Of a stretch of DNA of 64,000 nucleotides, positions 19,986-31,758 are shown in pieces (position 1 is the first letter of the stretch; each line of letters begins with the position of its first letter). Both the position numbers and the translations under genes were made by a program. Location of the stretch: contig CAWEMM010000006.1 in assembly GCA_963810095.1 (NCBI GenBank), positions 1,120,001 through 1,184,000 on the forward strand, in the 5' to 3' direction. The notes beneath the pieces were generated by a model. The model did no database searches. It was not told the DNA's origin and worked only from the letters and a program-made list of their open reading frames with translations. The DNA comes from an uncultured Chloroflexia bacterium. Its GTDB lineage: Bacteria; Chloroflexota; Anaerolineae; CG2-30-64-16.

Positions 19986-21049
19986 CGCGATGCCTCGCCT
20001 CGCTGCTCCGCCGCCCCTGCCACGGCGACGGGAGGCGCCTCGTCCAGGTCTTCGCTCAGCGAGACGGCGGCCTTCGGGGAGAAACCGATGCCCTCACGCC
20101 ATCCGACGATCAGGCCGGCGATGCCAATGGGCACAATCTCCACCACGTGAAATGCGAGGCTGGCCGCGACCGCGGTCGCAGCCGGGATGCCCCAGAGGCC
20201 GAGGACGGCCACCCCGACCAACTCCTGGGTGCCCACGTAGCCGGGAGCGGCCGGCACCGCGGTGCTCAACCCGATCGCGCTGATCGAGAAAGCCGCTGCG
20301 GCCGGGCTCAACGTGACGCCAACTGCCCGCATCGCCAGCCAGTATTCCGTGATGCTTGCCATCCAGGCCAGCGCGGTGATGCCTACGACGCGCGCCAGCA
20401 GCGCGGGAGAGCGGAGCACTGCCAGCCCGTCGACGAACTTGAGCGTCCAGGCCGCGGGCTTGCCCAGCATGGGGAAACGGGCGGTCAGGCGGTCGAGGAT
20501 GCGGGCCACCAGCGGCCGTGCGGCCAGCACCAGCCATAGCATGATCAGGCCGGCCGCGAAAACTGCTCCCACAACCCGGCCCGCGGTGATCAGCCACTGG
20601 GGCGCACTTTGGGGAAGCAGCGGCATGGTCAGCAGCACCAGGGCGACCGTCGTGAGGCCGTCGATGACGCGCTCGGCCGCCACCGTGGCCAGACCCGCGC
20701 TCATCGGAACCCCTCGCGTGCGCAGGATGGCCGCCCGCAGCACCTCGCCCAGGCGCGCGGGCAGGATCAAATTGGCGGCATAACCGAGGACGGAAACGGG
20801 CCAAACCTGGCGAAGCGACAGCCGCTTGACAGGCGTAAGGAGCACGGTCCAGCGCCAGGCGCGCAGCGTCATGGCGACGAAGTACATGCCGGCCGAGGCA
20901 AAGAGGAGCCACCACTGCGCCTGGGCCAGGGCCTGGCCGACGAGCTTGAGATTGACCTCGCGCAGCAGCAGATAGATCGAGGCTGCACTGACTGCAAGCC
21001 CCACGGTCAGCTGCAGCCCTTGCCTGGCACGTGGGCTCAGTCTTCCCAC
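19982..21049 (-). CDS. UPF0104/AglD2-like flippase-type membrane protein (lysylphosphatidylglycerol synthase TM family)
   Basis: LRAWRWTVLL, ANLILPARLGEVLR, ERVIDG, PAAPGYVGTQE. Confidence 0.85.
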   Translation of the reverse strand: MGRLSPRARQGLQLTVGLAVSAASIYLLLREVNLKLVGQALAQAQWWLLFASAGMYFVAMTLRAWRWTVLLTPVKRLSLRQVWPVSVLGYAANLILPARLGEVLRAAILRTRGVPMSAGLATVAAERVIDGLTTVALVLLTMPLLPQSAPQWLITAGRVVGAVFAAGLIMLWLVLAARPLVARILDRLTARFPMLGKPAAWTLKFVDGLAVLRSPALLARVVGITALAWMASITEYWLAMRAVGVTLSPAAAAFSISAIGLSTAVPAAPGYVGTQELVGVAVLGLWGIPAATAVAASLAFHVVEIVPIGIAGLIVGWREGIGFSPKAAVSLSEDLDEAPPVAVAGAAEQRGEASR

Positions 21050-21052
21050 GCC

Positions 21053-21859
21053 CTAACCCCCCTTCAGGTCGGTGCGCAGGACCTCGGCCGCGTGGTGCCG
21101 CGAGAGAACGTCGCCCAACTGGACCTCGAACTGGCGGTAGTGGCGCAGGTGGGCGCGGTGCAGCCGGTAGCGGCTCATAACGCGCAGGGTGCTGAGCCCG
21201 TACTCCACGCTGCGCCGGAAGTTCACCGAGGACGCCTCGGCAAAGTAGCGGGTAGGGACGGCAATTTCGCCGATGCGGAATCCGAACGCCACGGCTTGCG
21301 CGATCACCTCGGTGTCGAAAACGAAGTCGTCCGAGTTGAGCAGGAAGGGAATGGTCTCGAGCAGCCCCCGGCTGTACGCGCGGAAGCCGCTGTGCATTTC
21401 AGAGAGATGCTGGCCCAAGGCCATGTTTTCGACGCCGGTTAAAAAGCGGTTCGACACGTACTTCCAAATGGGCATGCCGCCGGCCAGCGTGTCGCCCCCC
21501 AGCAAGCGCGAGCCAAGCATCATGTCTGCCTCGCCGCGCTCGATCGGCGCGATCAATTCGGGGATGCGCGTCGAGTCGTACTGGTAATCGGGGTGCAGCA
21601 TGACGACGATATCGGCGCCATCGCGCAGCGCTTCGATATAGCAGGTCTTCTGATTACCGCCGTAACCCCGGTTCTGAATGTGGATGACCACCCGCAGCCC
21701 GAGTTGGCGCGCAATCTCGACCGTCTCATCCTTGCTCACGTCGTCTACAAGGATCACTTCGTCCACGGTCTGCGGCGGGATATCGTTATAGGTGCGCTCG
21801 AGCGTCTTAGCAGCGTTATATGCAGGCATCACGACGACGACTTTGAGCTTCTCCGGCAT
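21053..21859 (-). CDS. GT2 polyprenol-phosphate glycosyltransferase (DPM1-like)
   Basis: [44 protein letters not shown]. Confidence 0.9.
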   Translation of the reverse strand: MPEKLKVVVVMPAYNAAKTLERTYNDIPPQTVDEVILVDDVSKDETVEIARQLGLRVVIHIQNRGYGGNQKTCYIEALRDGADIVVMLHPDYQYDSTRIPELIAPIERGEADMMLGSRLLGGDTLAGGMPIWKYVSNRFLTGVENMALGQHLSEMHSGFRAYSRGLLETIPFLLNSDDFVFDTEVIAQAVAFGFRIGEIAVPTRYFAEASSVNFRRSVEYGLSTLRVMSRYRLHRAHLRHYRQFEVQLGDVLSRHHAAEVLRTDLKGG

Positions 21860-21934
21860 GCGCGATTCCTCCAATTCCCCACGAGCCCGCCCGGGCGCCT
21901 GCACGCCCGGTAGTTCCGCAAGACAAAAAACGAT

Positions 21935-22636
21935 CTACAGCGTGACCTGAAAGAGCGTCGCCAGGTGGGGACCGGCGATCAGCGTGAACATCACCAGGGC
22001 AATGCCGGCATTGGCAACCGCCCGGCGCAGCGCAAAGCTGTGCTTGCGTGAGAGCCAGGTCGCTACGAGCACCAGCCCCAGCGCGACGACGAGGTAGACC
22101 AGCGCCTCGGGGCGCGTCAGGTAGGCCAGGCCGACGAACAGCCCGCCGATCGCGGCGGGCCACAGCACGGCTTCGTCTACCGCAACGAGCAGGAAATACC
22201 AGGCCGCAGCCACCAGCAGCAGGTACATGGGCTCGATCAGCGCGGCCGCGTGGGGAAAGCTGCCGAGCATCACGGGATAAAACACGGTCGCCAGGCCCGC
22301 ACCCGCGGCGATTGCCTCGCCGCCCATGCGCCGGGCAATGCCGTAGACGGGCGCTACCAGCAGCCCGCCAAACACGACGTACATCAGCACGGTGCTCAAG
22401 GTCAGCGCCGCTGTGCCGGTCAGGCCGACGGACGCCATGGCACGCGCTACCAGCCCGGCCAGGGCAGGAAACAGCGGGGTTTGGCTGCCGCTCGTCCACG
22501 CATAAAGGGGCTGCTCGCCCCACTGGGCGCGCACCTGGCTGATCCAAAAGATACGTGCAGCAGCAGCCCCGACGAACAGCACGCCGACGGCTGCCGCTCG
22601 CTTCACGGTGTAGTTTTTCTGCTGGGTGAGTTCCAT
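21935..22636 (-). CDS. half-length GT-C-like membrane protein (paralog of the N-half of 18342..19985)
   Basis: LAYLTRPEALVY vs LSYLVRPEGLTY, GGLLVAPVY vs GALLCIPIF. About 233 aa. Confidence 0.75.
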   Translation of the reverse strand: MELTQQKNYTVKRAAAVGVLFVGAAAARIFWISQVRAQWGEQPLYAWTSGSQTPLFPALAGLVARAMASVGLTGTAALTLSTVLMYVVFGGLLVAPVYGIARRMGGEAIAAGAGLATVFYPVMLGSFPHAAALIEPMYLLLVAAAWYFLLVAVDEAVLWPAAIGGLFVGLAYLTRPEALVYLVVALGLVLVATWLSRKHSFALRRAVANAGIALVMFTLIAGPHLATLFQVTL

Positions 22637-22717
22637 TGTATTCACCTTGGGCGAGCGCCCTAAACGACCGGTCGAGGTCCTGCGGAGCAAGCTCGCGGGG
22701 GATATGTTTTTACTGGG

Positions 22718-23347
22718 TTAGCTGGCAAACCTGAACACTGCGACTTCCAGGCCGGGAATACTGTCGACCGTCCGGCTTTGCTCGTGCACGAGGCCCCCGA
22801 CCCTGGCCGGGAGTTCCGTGGTTTCGAGCGGGCTGATCACAAGCAGCAGACGTCCGCCGGGCGCCAGGTGGGGCCGGGCGCCCTCGGCAATCTCCGCCAG
22901 GAAATCGAGCCGCTTGCGCTCGAGCACGGGTTGCGTCACCCGCATGAGCGCGTTGGCCACCATGCCGACCCGCCGCAGCGTGGCCGTGACGAGCCGGCTG
23001 CTCTCGGTTTCGTCCGAGCGCATGGGTGGGTTGCATGCGATGATGTCGTACTGCCCCTGCACTGCGCTGTACAGGTCGGATGCGTAAATGTGGGGCGCCA
23101 CGCCGTTTAGTTCCGCGTTCCGCTTGGCGAGCGCCAATGCCCTGGGACTGACGTCCACCGCATCGACCTGCCAGCCCTTAAGGGCCAGGTAGATGCCGAC
23201 ATACCCGGTGCCTGCGCCCAAATCGAGCGCCCGGCACGTGTTGCAGCCTTTGCCGGTGACCTGGTAGGCCGTCTCGGCCAGCAGACGGGTATCCTCGCGG
23301 ACGCCGCAAACGCCAATACCGTCGTCAATCCTGATGTTTGCGCTCAC
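22718..23347 (-). CDS. HemK/PrmC-related SAM methyltransferase
   Basis: EDTRLLAE, LDLGAGTG, VDVSP, SDLYS, DIIACNPPM. Confidence 0.8.
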   Translation of the reverse strand: MSANIRIDDGIGVCGVREDTRLLAETAYQVTGKGCNTCRALDLGAGTGYVGIYLALKGWQVDAVDVSPRALALAKRNAELNGVAPHIYASDLYSAVQGQYDIIACNPPMRSDETESSRLVTATLRRVGMVANALMRVTQPVLERKRLDFLAEIAEGARPHLAPGGRLLLVISPLETTELPARVGGLVHEQSRTVDSIPGLEVAVFRFAS

Positions 23348-23362
23348 GCCCGCTGCTCCACT

Positions 23363-23779
23363 TCAGAAAGCTCCTGATGCACCGACGTTGCTCGAGACCT
23401 CCGCGGTCTGCTGCGAGATCGCGGCCCGGTCGGCTTTCATCGCGTCCAGTTCCTGCCGCAGCAACCCCAACTCCTGAGTCAGCACCTTGATGTGATCCGC
23501 GTTATGCGAAACGGTGAGCGACAACTGCAGGACGATCAGCATGAGCGCGATCACCGACAGGGCCAGCAGCAGTGCCGGCGGATAGGCCACGCCGAGAGCG
23601 TAGGCCAGCCGGTCGATCACATGGATGAACAAAGGGGCCAGCACCAGCCCCGCGGCGGCCAAGACCCACAAGACCGCGTAGCGTTCCTGGAGCTTACGCG
23701 TGCGCATCAGGTTGATCACGAAGGCCAACACGAAGAGGCCCACGATGAACATCGTCGCGCGTGTGCGCGGGTCAATCAT
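23363..23779 (-). CDS. DUF2304-family membrane protein
   Basis: KLQERYAVLW, LGVAYPPALL, IKVLTQELGLL. Directly follows a DPM1-like GT2, the usual context for this family. Confidence 0.8.
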   Translation of the reverse strand: MIDPRTRATMFIVGLFVLAFVINLMRTRKLQERYAVLWVLAAAGLVLAPLFIHVIDRLAYALGVAYPPALLLALSVIALMLIVLQLSLTVSHNADHIKVLTQELGLLRQELDAMKADRAAISQQTAEVSSNVGASGAF

Positions 23780-24553
23780 CGCGGCATCCTCTCGAGGGGC
23801 AGCGCCCGCCGAGGGCTGGCATGCGTGCCCTGCCGCACGAGCACCATGGCAATGGCCAGCCACATCTTGCCGACATAGTAAAAGGGCTTCCAACCGCTGT
23901 GCATCGACACGCCCGAGATGCGCTCACGCATCGTGACCGGCACTTCCTGGGTCTTGAACCCGGCGTAGTGCAGCACCAGCAGCGTATCGGCGTCGGGATA
24001 GTCTACAGGGTAGTTGTCACGGGCGAAAAATCGCATGGCCTCGGCGTTGAGGGCTTGAAAGCCGGACGTCGGATCGGTCACAGGCCGCCGTGTGACCGCC
24101 GAAACAGTCCACGCAAACACCTTCATGCCGATCCGCTTCACCAGCGGCTGGTGGTACATCATGCGGCCTCGAAAGCGGGAACCCACGGCCACGTCGGCCG
24201 CGCCGCCAAGCACCACCTCTGCCAGCAGGGGAATGCAGGCCGGGTCGTGCTGGCCGTCCGCATCGACGACGACGCACACGTCATACCCGTGCCGCACCGC
24301 GTACATGAAGCCCGTCTGCACGGCGCCACCATAACCCAAGTTGGCCGGCAGGGTGACGACGACCGCCCCCATGCACGCCCGCGACCTCGGCGGTGTCGTC
24401 TGTGCTTCCGTCATTGACGACGAGCAGATCGAAGTCTGGAGCGGCGCGATGAACCTCGGGGATGACCCGTGGAAGGTTGGTTGCTTCGTTGTGAGCGGGC
24501 ATGATGACCAACCGCTTTGCCCGCATCCGATCCTGCCCGGATGACATTATCAT
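23776..24553 (-). CDS. GT2 glycosyltransferase (DPM1-like); frameshift near 24380
   Basis: IMPAHNEA, VVNDGSTDDT, then NLGYGGAVQTG, VDADGQHDP, DPTSGFQA. Confidence 0.88.
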
Positions 24554-24571
24554 ACACGACGTCCGAATTTC

Positions 24572-25519
24572 TCAAAATATGACAAATTCACGAGTAGGAA
24601 CAATGACGTAGGACTCGGTCAATTGTCCCAGGATGTGTTCGTACAGCAGCTGCTTGGCCGTCCAAGGTTCGGCGAGGAAGCGGTAGGACGCGAGCGCCGG
24701 GTCCATGGTTGCGCCGTCCGCCGCCAGGTCGACCACGTCGGCGGCGTGGAGCAGGTAGTTGATGCGCGTGCCCCGCGCCTTACACAGCCCAAAACCCAGG
24801 TCAAACAGCCAGCGCCCCGCGGTCAGCACGAAGGTGCTGTGCATGGGCACTCGCAGCAGCGGCGTCGTCGTGACCGGCGCCTCGAGCAGCGGGCCGCCAT
24901 CCAGCGGATACGGGTGCAGGGGCGAAAAGCCGTAGCCGAAACGGCCGTAATGGGTGGGGTCCACTTCGCCCTTCGACAGCACTCGCTGCGTCGCCCGGAG
25001 CATCCCCGCGTAATAAGTCGGTAGCCGGGATGAATCGTAGCAGTAGCCGAGCTCGCCCAGGACTTCGGGCAGCCCGGGATTATAGCTGAAGCCGGGCGCT
25101 TTGAACCCCACCGGCGCCTGGCCTGCAGCGTCCGCGATCTTCTCATGCGCTTCGACCACGTCGCTGCGCAGCGCCGTGCGGCTCAGCCACGCGTACCCGT
25201 TCCGGTGCTCGGCCAAGTGATTCGCCACCTCGTGCCCGCGGCGCACCATCTCGCGGATCGTCGGGGCCTGCGCGGGTAAATCGCGTCCGCACACGAAGAA
25301 GGTCGCCCGCGCCCCGTAGCGATCGAACAGGTCGAGCAGCCGCGGGATGCCCTGCGTGAAGGCTGCCGGCTCCACGCCGGGGGGCGCCTGGCGGCCGATG
25401 CTCTCGTAATAAACCCACAGGTCGTCGACGTCGACCTGGATCGTGCCCACCGGCTTCGTCTTGCCCACTGGCTTCGTCGTGCTCCGCGTCGCGCCGGCCC
25501 CGCCGTCCGCGCCGCTCAT
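24572..25519 (-). CDS. polysaccharide deacetylase (CE4/NodB-like)
   Basis: QVDVDD, RATFFVCG, GHEVANH, GFKAPGF, YDSS, YLLH. Confidence 0.85.
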   Translation of the reverse strand: MSGADGGAGATRSTTKPVGKTKPVGTIQVDVDDLWVYYESIGRQAPPGVEPAAFTQGIPRLLDLFDRYGARATFFVCGRDLPAQAPTIREMVRRGHEVANHLAEHRNGYAWLSRTALRSDVVEAHEKIADAAGQAPVGFKAPGFSYNPGLPEVLGELGYCYDSSRLPTYYAGMLRATQRVLSKGEVDPTHYGRFGYGFSPLHPYPLDGGPLLEAPVTTTPLLRVPMHSTFVLTAGRWLFDLGFGLCKARGTRINYLLHAADVVDLAADGATMDPALASYRFLAEPWTAKQLLYEHILGQLTESYVIVPTREFVIF

Positions 25520-25529
25520 GCTGCGCCGC

Positions 25530-28060
25530 TCATGCGGCCCCGCGCTCGTCGGGCGCCGTGTTCGCCGAGGCGGGTCCCCGCGACGTGCTGAAATCGATCG
25601 TCGGCGCTTCGGCCAGGCGCAGTTCGAGCGGCAGCTCGACATGGAACGAGGTCCCGTGCCCCGCGATCCCGTCGCTTTCGATCCAGATGGCCCCGTTGTG
25701 CCGCTCCACGATGTGCCGCGAGATGGCGAGCCCCAGGCCCGTGCCGCGGTACGCCCGGTTTTCGCCGCGATCGACCTGGTAGAAACGGTCGAACACCTTC
25801 TCTTGCTCGTCGGGCGGAATGCCGATGCCCGTGTCGTGCACGGTCAGGCGCACGGTTCCGCAGGTCTCACCTGGCGCGCCCGTGCGCCGCGCCCAATGGT
25901 GATCTCCCCGTGCTGCGGGGTGAACTTGATCGCGTTTTCCACCAGGTTTGTCAGCACCTGGTCGAGACGCACGCGGTCCCCGTCGATCGTCGGGAGATCG
26001 TCCGGAAAGTCGGTGTAGAGGGTCAGGACCCCTTCCTCCGCCAGCGGCGCGAGCTTGGTCGCAACCCCGTGCGCAATGGCCGCCAGCGACACTTCCTCCA
26101 GGTTGAGCTTGATCCGGCCCGCCTCCATGCGCGAAAACTCGAGCAGGTCGTCGATCATGCGCTGCAGCACCGTGGTTTGCGTTCGCACGGTCTTGAGGAA
26201 GTCCTCCTGCAGTTCGGTCACCGGTCCGGTCTTGCCCATCAGGATGATCTCGACAAACCCCTTGATCGAATGCAGCGGCGTGCGCAGTTCATGGCTGACC
26301 ACCGACAGGAAGTTCGACTTCATGCGCTCGACTTCCTTTTGGGCGGTGATATCACGCAGCACCGCGACGACGCCGCTCACCTCCTCCGCCGAATCGAGCA
26401 CAGGCGAAGCCAACGCGCCGTATGTGCGCACCTCGCCGCCCTGCCACCGGCCCTGCCTCCGTGCAAGAGACGGGCTGGGCGGGGTCAGATCCAGCTCGCG
26501 AATCTGTTCCTGGCCGGTCGCAAGTGTCTGGGCGAGAAGGTCGGCAAATGCGGGCGCCGAGAGATACGGGTGCAGCGGAACGCCCGCGGGCGGCTCCGCT
26601 TCCAGGCCCAGGATGTCGCGCGCGACCGGGTTCATCAGGATGAGCGAGAGGTCGGTGCCCGCCACGACCACGCCGTCGCCAATCCCCGCCAGCACCGCCT
26701 CCAACTCGCGCCGTTTCTCGTACGCGTCCTGGTACAGCCGGGCGTTTTCCAGCGCGGTTGCGGCGAAGTAGGCGAAGCTCGTCAGGAGCTGCTCGGACGT
26801 GTTCAACGCGGGCGCCGCGCCCGGGCGGACCGCAGTCGAACCGTGCTCCGCCACATAGAGTGCGCCGATCGCATGCCCGCGCGAGACGAGCGCGGTGACG
26901 TAATAGGGATTCCCGCCCAGCCGCGCGCCCAGCCCGCCCGCACAATCTGGCGCCACCCTGATCGGCCGGCTGCTGCCGCCCGCGGGCACGCTGAGGTCGT
27001 CGCAGGCGTCGAAGGTGGCAGGCTCGTCGGCCGAGGACAACCGGAACGCAGCCGGTTCGCTCATCTCGTCGCTCAGCAGCGCCCCGGCCAGCGCGATGCC
27101 GTCGCGGCCCGAGTCCTCCGCACCGCCGCCCGTCCGCCGGTCGGCCTCTTCGCCGTAAGAGGGCTCGAGCAGGGCGACGGCACAGTGGCTGCTGCCGGTC
27201 GCACTTGCCAGGCGTTCGACCACCAACTGCAGGGTTTCTTCGGTGCGCAGCGTGGTTGCGAGCGCCTTCGCAACCTCCTGCAGCGCACGCAGCTCGAGGA
27301 GGCGATCGCCCAGATCCGTCGCCGTGCGCTGCAGCACTTCGGTCTGCAGCGCCAGCGCGGCCTGCTGCTGAGCCAGCACGCTTTCAAGCGCGGTCGTCTG
27401 CCGGGTGCGCCGCGCGAGCTCCATGCCGATCAACACGATGCCGATCAGCCAGACCCAGAGCAGCACGTAGCGGCTGAGGAAAGCCGGGTCGGCCAGGAAG
27501 CCGGCGCTGCCCGAAGCCAGCCAGAGCGCGCCGGCGTAGAGCGGCCCAAAGATGAACGGCAGCCAGAGCATGTTGGGCAGGACCGGGGCGAGCGCAACCG
27601 CCTTGACCGAGAGCAAGACGAGCAGGATGTAGAGTGCGCTGGCCAGGCCGCCGTCGCGCCAGATCAGCGCGCAGACGAACACCGCGTCGACGGCAAACAG
27701 CGCGTAGGCCAGGGCCGCCTGGCCCGTGCTCGCCGCCGGCGCTCGGCCGCCCCTGTCGTCAGCCTTCCCTGCTTCGGCGCGGGCAGCCCTCAGCCAGAAA
27801 AATGTCGCCCCGATGGCAACCACCGCATATGCGGCGATGATCAAGGGCCACAAGCCTTGCGATTCCCCCGTCCGCGTCCGATACAGCACCCAAACGCCGA
27901 GCGCGAGCAGCGTCCAGCGTGCGGGCACGTCGGTCAGGCGCTGGAGATAGGCCAGCGAAAGAGGGCGGCCCCGTCCTTGGGTTGTGCGTCCTGGCGTCTC
28001 GACGGACGCGACGCCAGGAGTGACGGGGAGGCTAAGGCGATCTGGCTGTGCTTGCATCAT
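25530..28060 (-). CDS. membrane sensor histidine kinase (TM-GAF-PAS-HisKA-HATPase); frameshift near 25870
   Basis: ALENARLY, VAVLRDIT, VSHELRTPL, NLVENAIKFT, then VHDTGIGIP, VFDRFYQV, GTGLGLAI. Confidence 0.92.
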
Positions 28061-28088
28061 GAATTTGTCGGGTCCGCGCCGGGGGCGC

Positions 28089-29625
28089 TTACCGGTCCTC
28101 TCGGGTCGGCGCAGGGCCGGACGTTGGAGCGCTCGTCGGCGGCAAGACCTCGGTCGGCCCTGCCTGCGGCGGCGCCGTGGGCTGGGTCTGGACCGGCGCA
28201 GTCGGCGGTGCAGCAGGCGGCGTCTCGGTCGGTGGCCTCGACGTTACAGTCGCCCTGCGCGTCGGCGTTGCTGCCGGTAGGGTGGCCGTGGGCGACGCGG
28301 TGGCGGTGAAGGTCGGCGAGGCGGTCGCCCTCACGGTTGCGGTGGGCGAGGCGGTCGCGCTCGGTGCCGCTGTCGCTTTCGCCGGCGCAGTAGGCTGCGC
28401 ACTTGGGCGCGCACTCGTCGGCGCTGCGGTCGCCGGGGCTGCGGGCACTGCGCTCGGCAGGGCCGTGACCGTACTCGTGGGTGTGGCCGTGGGCGTTGCC
28501 GGCGTCACGGGCCGCGCCCATACGCCGTCCTCGGTCGTTGCATACAGGGTCGAGCGCGTGCCGGGTTGCACGGCCAGCGACGTGACGTGCTGTGCGCGCG
28601 GCGCGCCCAGGTGGGCCCAGGTATCGCCCCGGTCAGGTGTGTGGTAAACCTGGCCCCCGCGGACCGCCGCATAAACACTGTCCCGGATGCCCGGCTCGGC
28701 CGCCAGCGACACGCCCTCGCCCGGCAGCCCGCGGGCCTCCCACGCGTCGGCCTTGTCGCCACGGAAGAACAGCATGGGCTCACCCTCTCGGGCCGCGGCG
28801 GCCCATTGTGCATCATCCCCAGCCCAAGCCGCCGCAGTCACCGGCTCATCCACCGGGCCGGCCCCATGCCACGACAGGCCACCGTTGTCGCTCACCCACA
28901 GTTCCCCATGCTTTGATAGGGCCAGGATATGCTCGGGCGTGTGGGCCTGCACCAACAGTTCGTCGACAAGGTCTTCCGCCCCCGGCCCGACCGGGTTGCC
29001 GTCCGCGCTTTCTTGCGGCCACGGTCCCCCCGGCGCCCAGGTCGCGCCGCCGTCGAGGCTGCGCTGGAGCCGCCGGGACCCCGTCGCGATCACGATTGCG
29101 GACGGGCCGTCTGCCGAGCCTGCCACCACGGCGAGTACCGGCGCAGGCGACTCGCCCGGCGCGACCTCGACCGGCTGCCACCCGGACCCGCCGTCCTCGC
29201 TGTGATACAACTGCCGCGCTTCGGCCGGTCCCGCCAGCGCGTACATCTCCAGCGGCTTCCCCGGCACGTTGCGCCAACTCGCCAGCAGCGGCGCGCCAAA
29301 GGCCGAATGTGGCAAGCCCTGGTCGATGCGCTGCCAGGAACCATCTTGCCGCGGCGGGACCGTCGACCCGACGCCAGAGCCCCCCGTGGGTTTGCGCATA
29401 GAGCGCGCTCCTGCCGTCTTCCAGCGCAACGGCAGATAGTGCGAGGACCGTCTGGCCCTGCAGCCCGTAGGGCGCCCACTCGCCGCCCGCGGCACCAAAC
29501 CCGCCCGCGCCCGTCAGGGGCACAAACAGCAGCGGAGACATGAAGAGCGCAGACGCGGCGACCAGGCCCAGCAAGACGGCGTGGGATTTCTGTGCCCGAG
29601 TTAGCCAGCGGCGAAATCGCGTCAT
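28089..29625 (-). CDS. exported BNR/Asp-box beta-propeller protein with Pro/Thr/Ala-rich tail; frameshift near 29370
   Basis: N-terminal hydrophobic segment, SEDGGSGW, SLDGGATW, SDNGGLSW, TPDRGDTW, then ~130 aa of low-complexity PTAT tail. Confidence 0.75.
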
Positions 29626-31663
29626 CTCAGGATCATCGCTCCGGCGTTGGCGCTTCTAGCCGCCTGTTCGCCCCAGAAGTCCACGACGATGCATTCGGCG
29701 CCGGGTGCAGCGATGGCCTGTGTCGGCAGCGGGCTCAGAATGCGCCAGCCCGACGGTACATCCACGGTCACAGTCACCGGCCCCGCCATCACGTCCGGCG
29801 AACCGGTAGAAACCCGAGGCCTTCGTCCGCCAGGTCTTCTCAGCCCCCGACCCATCCACCAAGCGGACCGTCCAATTCGCCAGCCCTTCTCCGCCCGCAA
29901 CGTTCAAAACGCTCCCCTGCACACACACGCTCGCCGGTGGCGTCGGGGTGCTGCGCGGGGTGCGGGTTGGGACGACGACGACAGGGGCAGCCGTGGCGGT
30001 CGGGACGCTCACTTCTTCGGCCTGCTTGAGCGGCCCTTGCACCTTCAGCGAGCGCGAAGGCACCCAGCCCTCTTTCCCGTCGGCCGTGCAGCACACCCGC
30101 AGCCAGGCGCCGTCGGAGCGGCGGCCTGTGATCGAGACGACCGCACCCTCGGCCACCTGGCCGATCTCCGGGAACCCACTCCCCGGCCCCGCTTTTGCGG
30201 TGAGCGGTCCCGACAAAACGGTCGCCCACGGCGTGGGTACGGGAGTCAACGTCGGCGTGTTCGGCTGGGTGGGCGAAGCAGTGGGAGTGGCCGCTTGGGC
30301 GAGCAGCAGGCCCTGGCGGGCGGCGCCGGTGTCACTCACTGCCAGCGCCTGCGCCCGGCCGAACTGCTCGGAGGCAGCCTGAATGTCGCCTTTCGCGAGA
30401 GCATCCCGGCCCTGCGCCACCATCAGGTCATAGAGCCGCGCAGCCGCTTGCCCGCCTGCGTAACCGGGCGCCTCAGACACCAAGGCGACCAGTTGGGTGC
30501 TGGCGCGCTCGCTGTCGCCGCGGGCCAGCGCCTGGAGTGCGTCGAGGTAGAGTCCGCCCAGCCGCCGGGCATCCGAGGCGGTGCGGTTGCGCGGGTGAAT
30601 GGCGAGCGCCTCTCCGAAATAACTCACCGCGGCCTTCACCTCGTCCATGCTGCCGCCTTCGCTCTTCAGCATGGCTTCGCCCGCGTTCAGGTAGCACACG
30701 AACAGGAACTCGTTGACGGTCTCGGTACGGTATGACCCGTCCAGGTCGCGTATTTTCTCGAACTGTTCGAGGGCCTGCTCCCACTGCCCGAGATCATAGA
30801 GGCGCCCACCGTCCGCGTACAGGCCGGCCAGCCGGCGCCGCTGGCTGACCAGGTCCGACTTGGCACGCGCATCCCGGTAGTTCGGATCGCCGGCCAGTAC
30901 GTTGGACAGTTCGAGCCCCGCCCGGTCCCAATTCTCTTCGGCGATTGCGGCTTCCGCGGCCGCATAGCCCTGGGCCAATGTTTCCTGCCGCTTTGCGCGC
31001 TCCAGGCCGAGCCGTGCTTCCGGGTCATTGGGCGACATCTCGAGCATTTTCTCAAAAGCGACCCGCGCCTTCGTTGTCGCCGGCGGCCAGCCGGGCGGTT
31101 CCCCGGTTGTAGAGCGCCTCCGCGGCCCGGTTCCCACGCCACGGCAGGCGGTCGCCGAACGCGACCAGGAGCAGCGCCGCCACGGCAAGGATGCCCAGCG
31201 TGACATAGAGCGCTGTCCGTGCGCGCGAAGGCGAGAATCGTGCCCGCCACCCCGCCCGCGTGCCCCGCGTCTCGCCCCCTGGCAGGCCCCCGGCGGGCGC
31301 GGCGTTCTGAAGCTGGAGGAACCACCGCACTTCCTCCAGGAGCGCGTCGAGGCCCGGCCGCGACGGCTGGAGTTCCTTGAGCCGGGTAAACCGGTCGAGT
31401 GCTTCCTCCCAGTTGCGGTGCTGGTACGCGGCCATACCTTCGTAGTACAGCGCCTCGATCGCATCGGGCGGCGGCACCTGCTCGAAGGTAGGCGCGGCGG
31501 CGCCACGCCCACTCCGCGCGGGGCCAAAATCCCGCCGGATGATGCGTGGTCCGGGTTCGCCGCGGCCGAGCGCCGGCTCCTCGCCGGCCTGCTCGCCCCC
31601 CGAACCCTGTGGCCCCATTTCACGTTCGGGGCCACCCTCAGGAATCGTCCGAGTTGGCGCCAT
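29622..31663 (-). CDS. membrane-anchored TPR + SH3b + C-terminal beta-sandwich protein; frameshifts near 31060 and 29810
   Basis: EALYYEGMAAY TPR, a TM helix (LYVTLGILAVAALLLVAF), further TPRs, then AKAGPGSGFPEIGQV...GAWLRVCC...EGWV (SH3-like). Confidence 0.75.
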
Positions 31664-31758
31664 CTAGCTTCCGGTCAGCCTCCCCAGGCCGGCTTGCCTG
31701 CAGGAGTAACGTTCAAGTGCACGCCGTGTCACCTCGCCGGCGCACGTCTGCCCGCCGT

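Noticed and set aside
25509-25535. 13-bp direct repeat GCGCCGCTCATGC at the kinase stop / deacetylase start
   Set aside because: Short and GC-rich with nothing inserted between the copies. No evidence of a target-site duplication.
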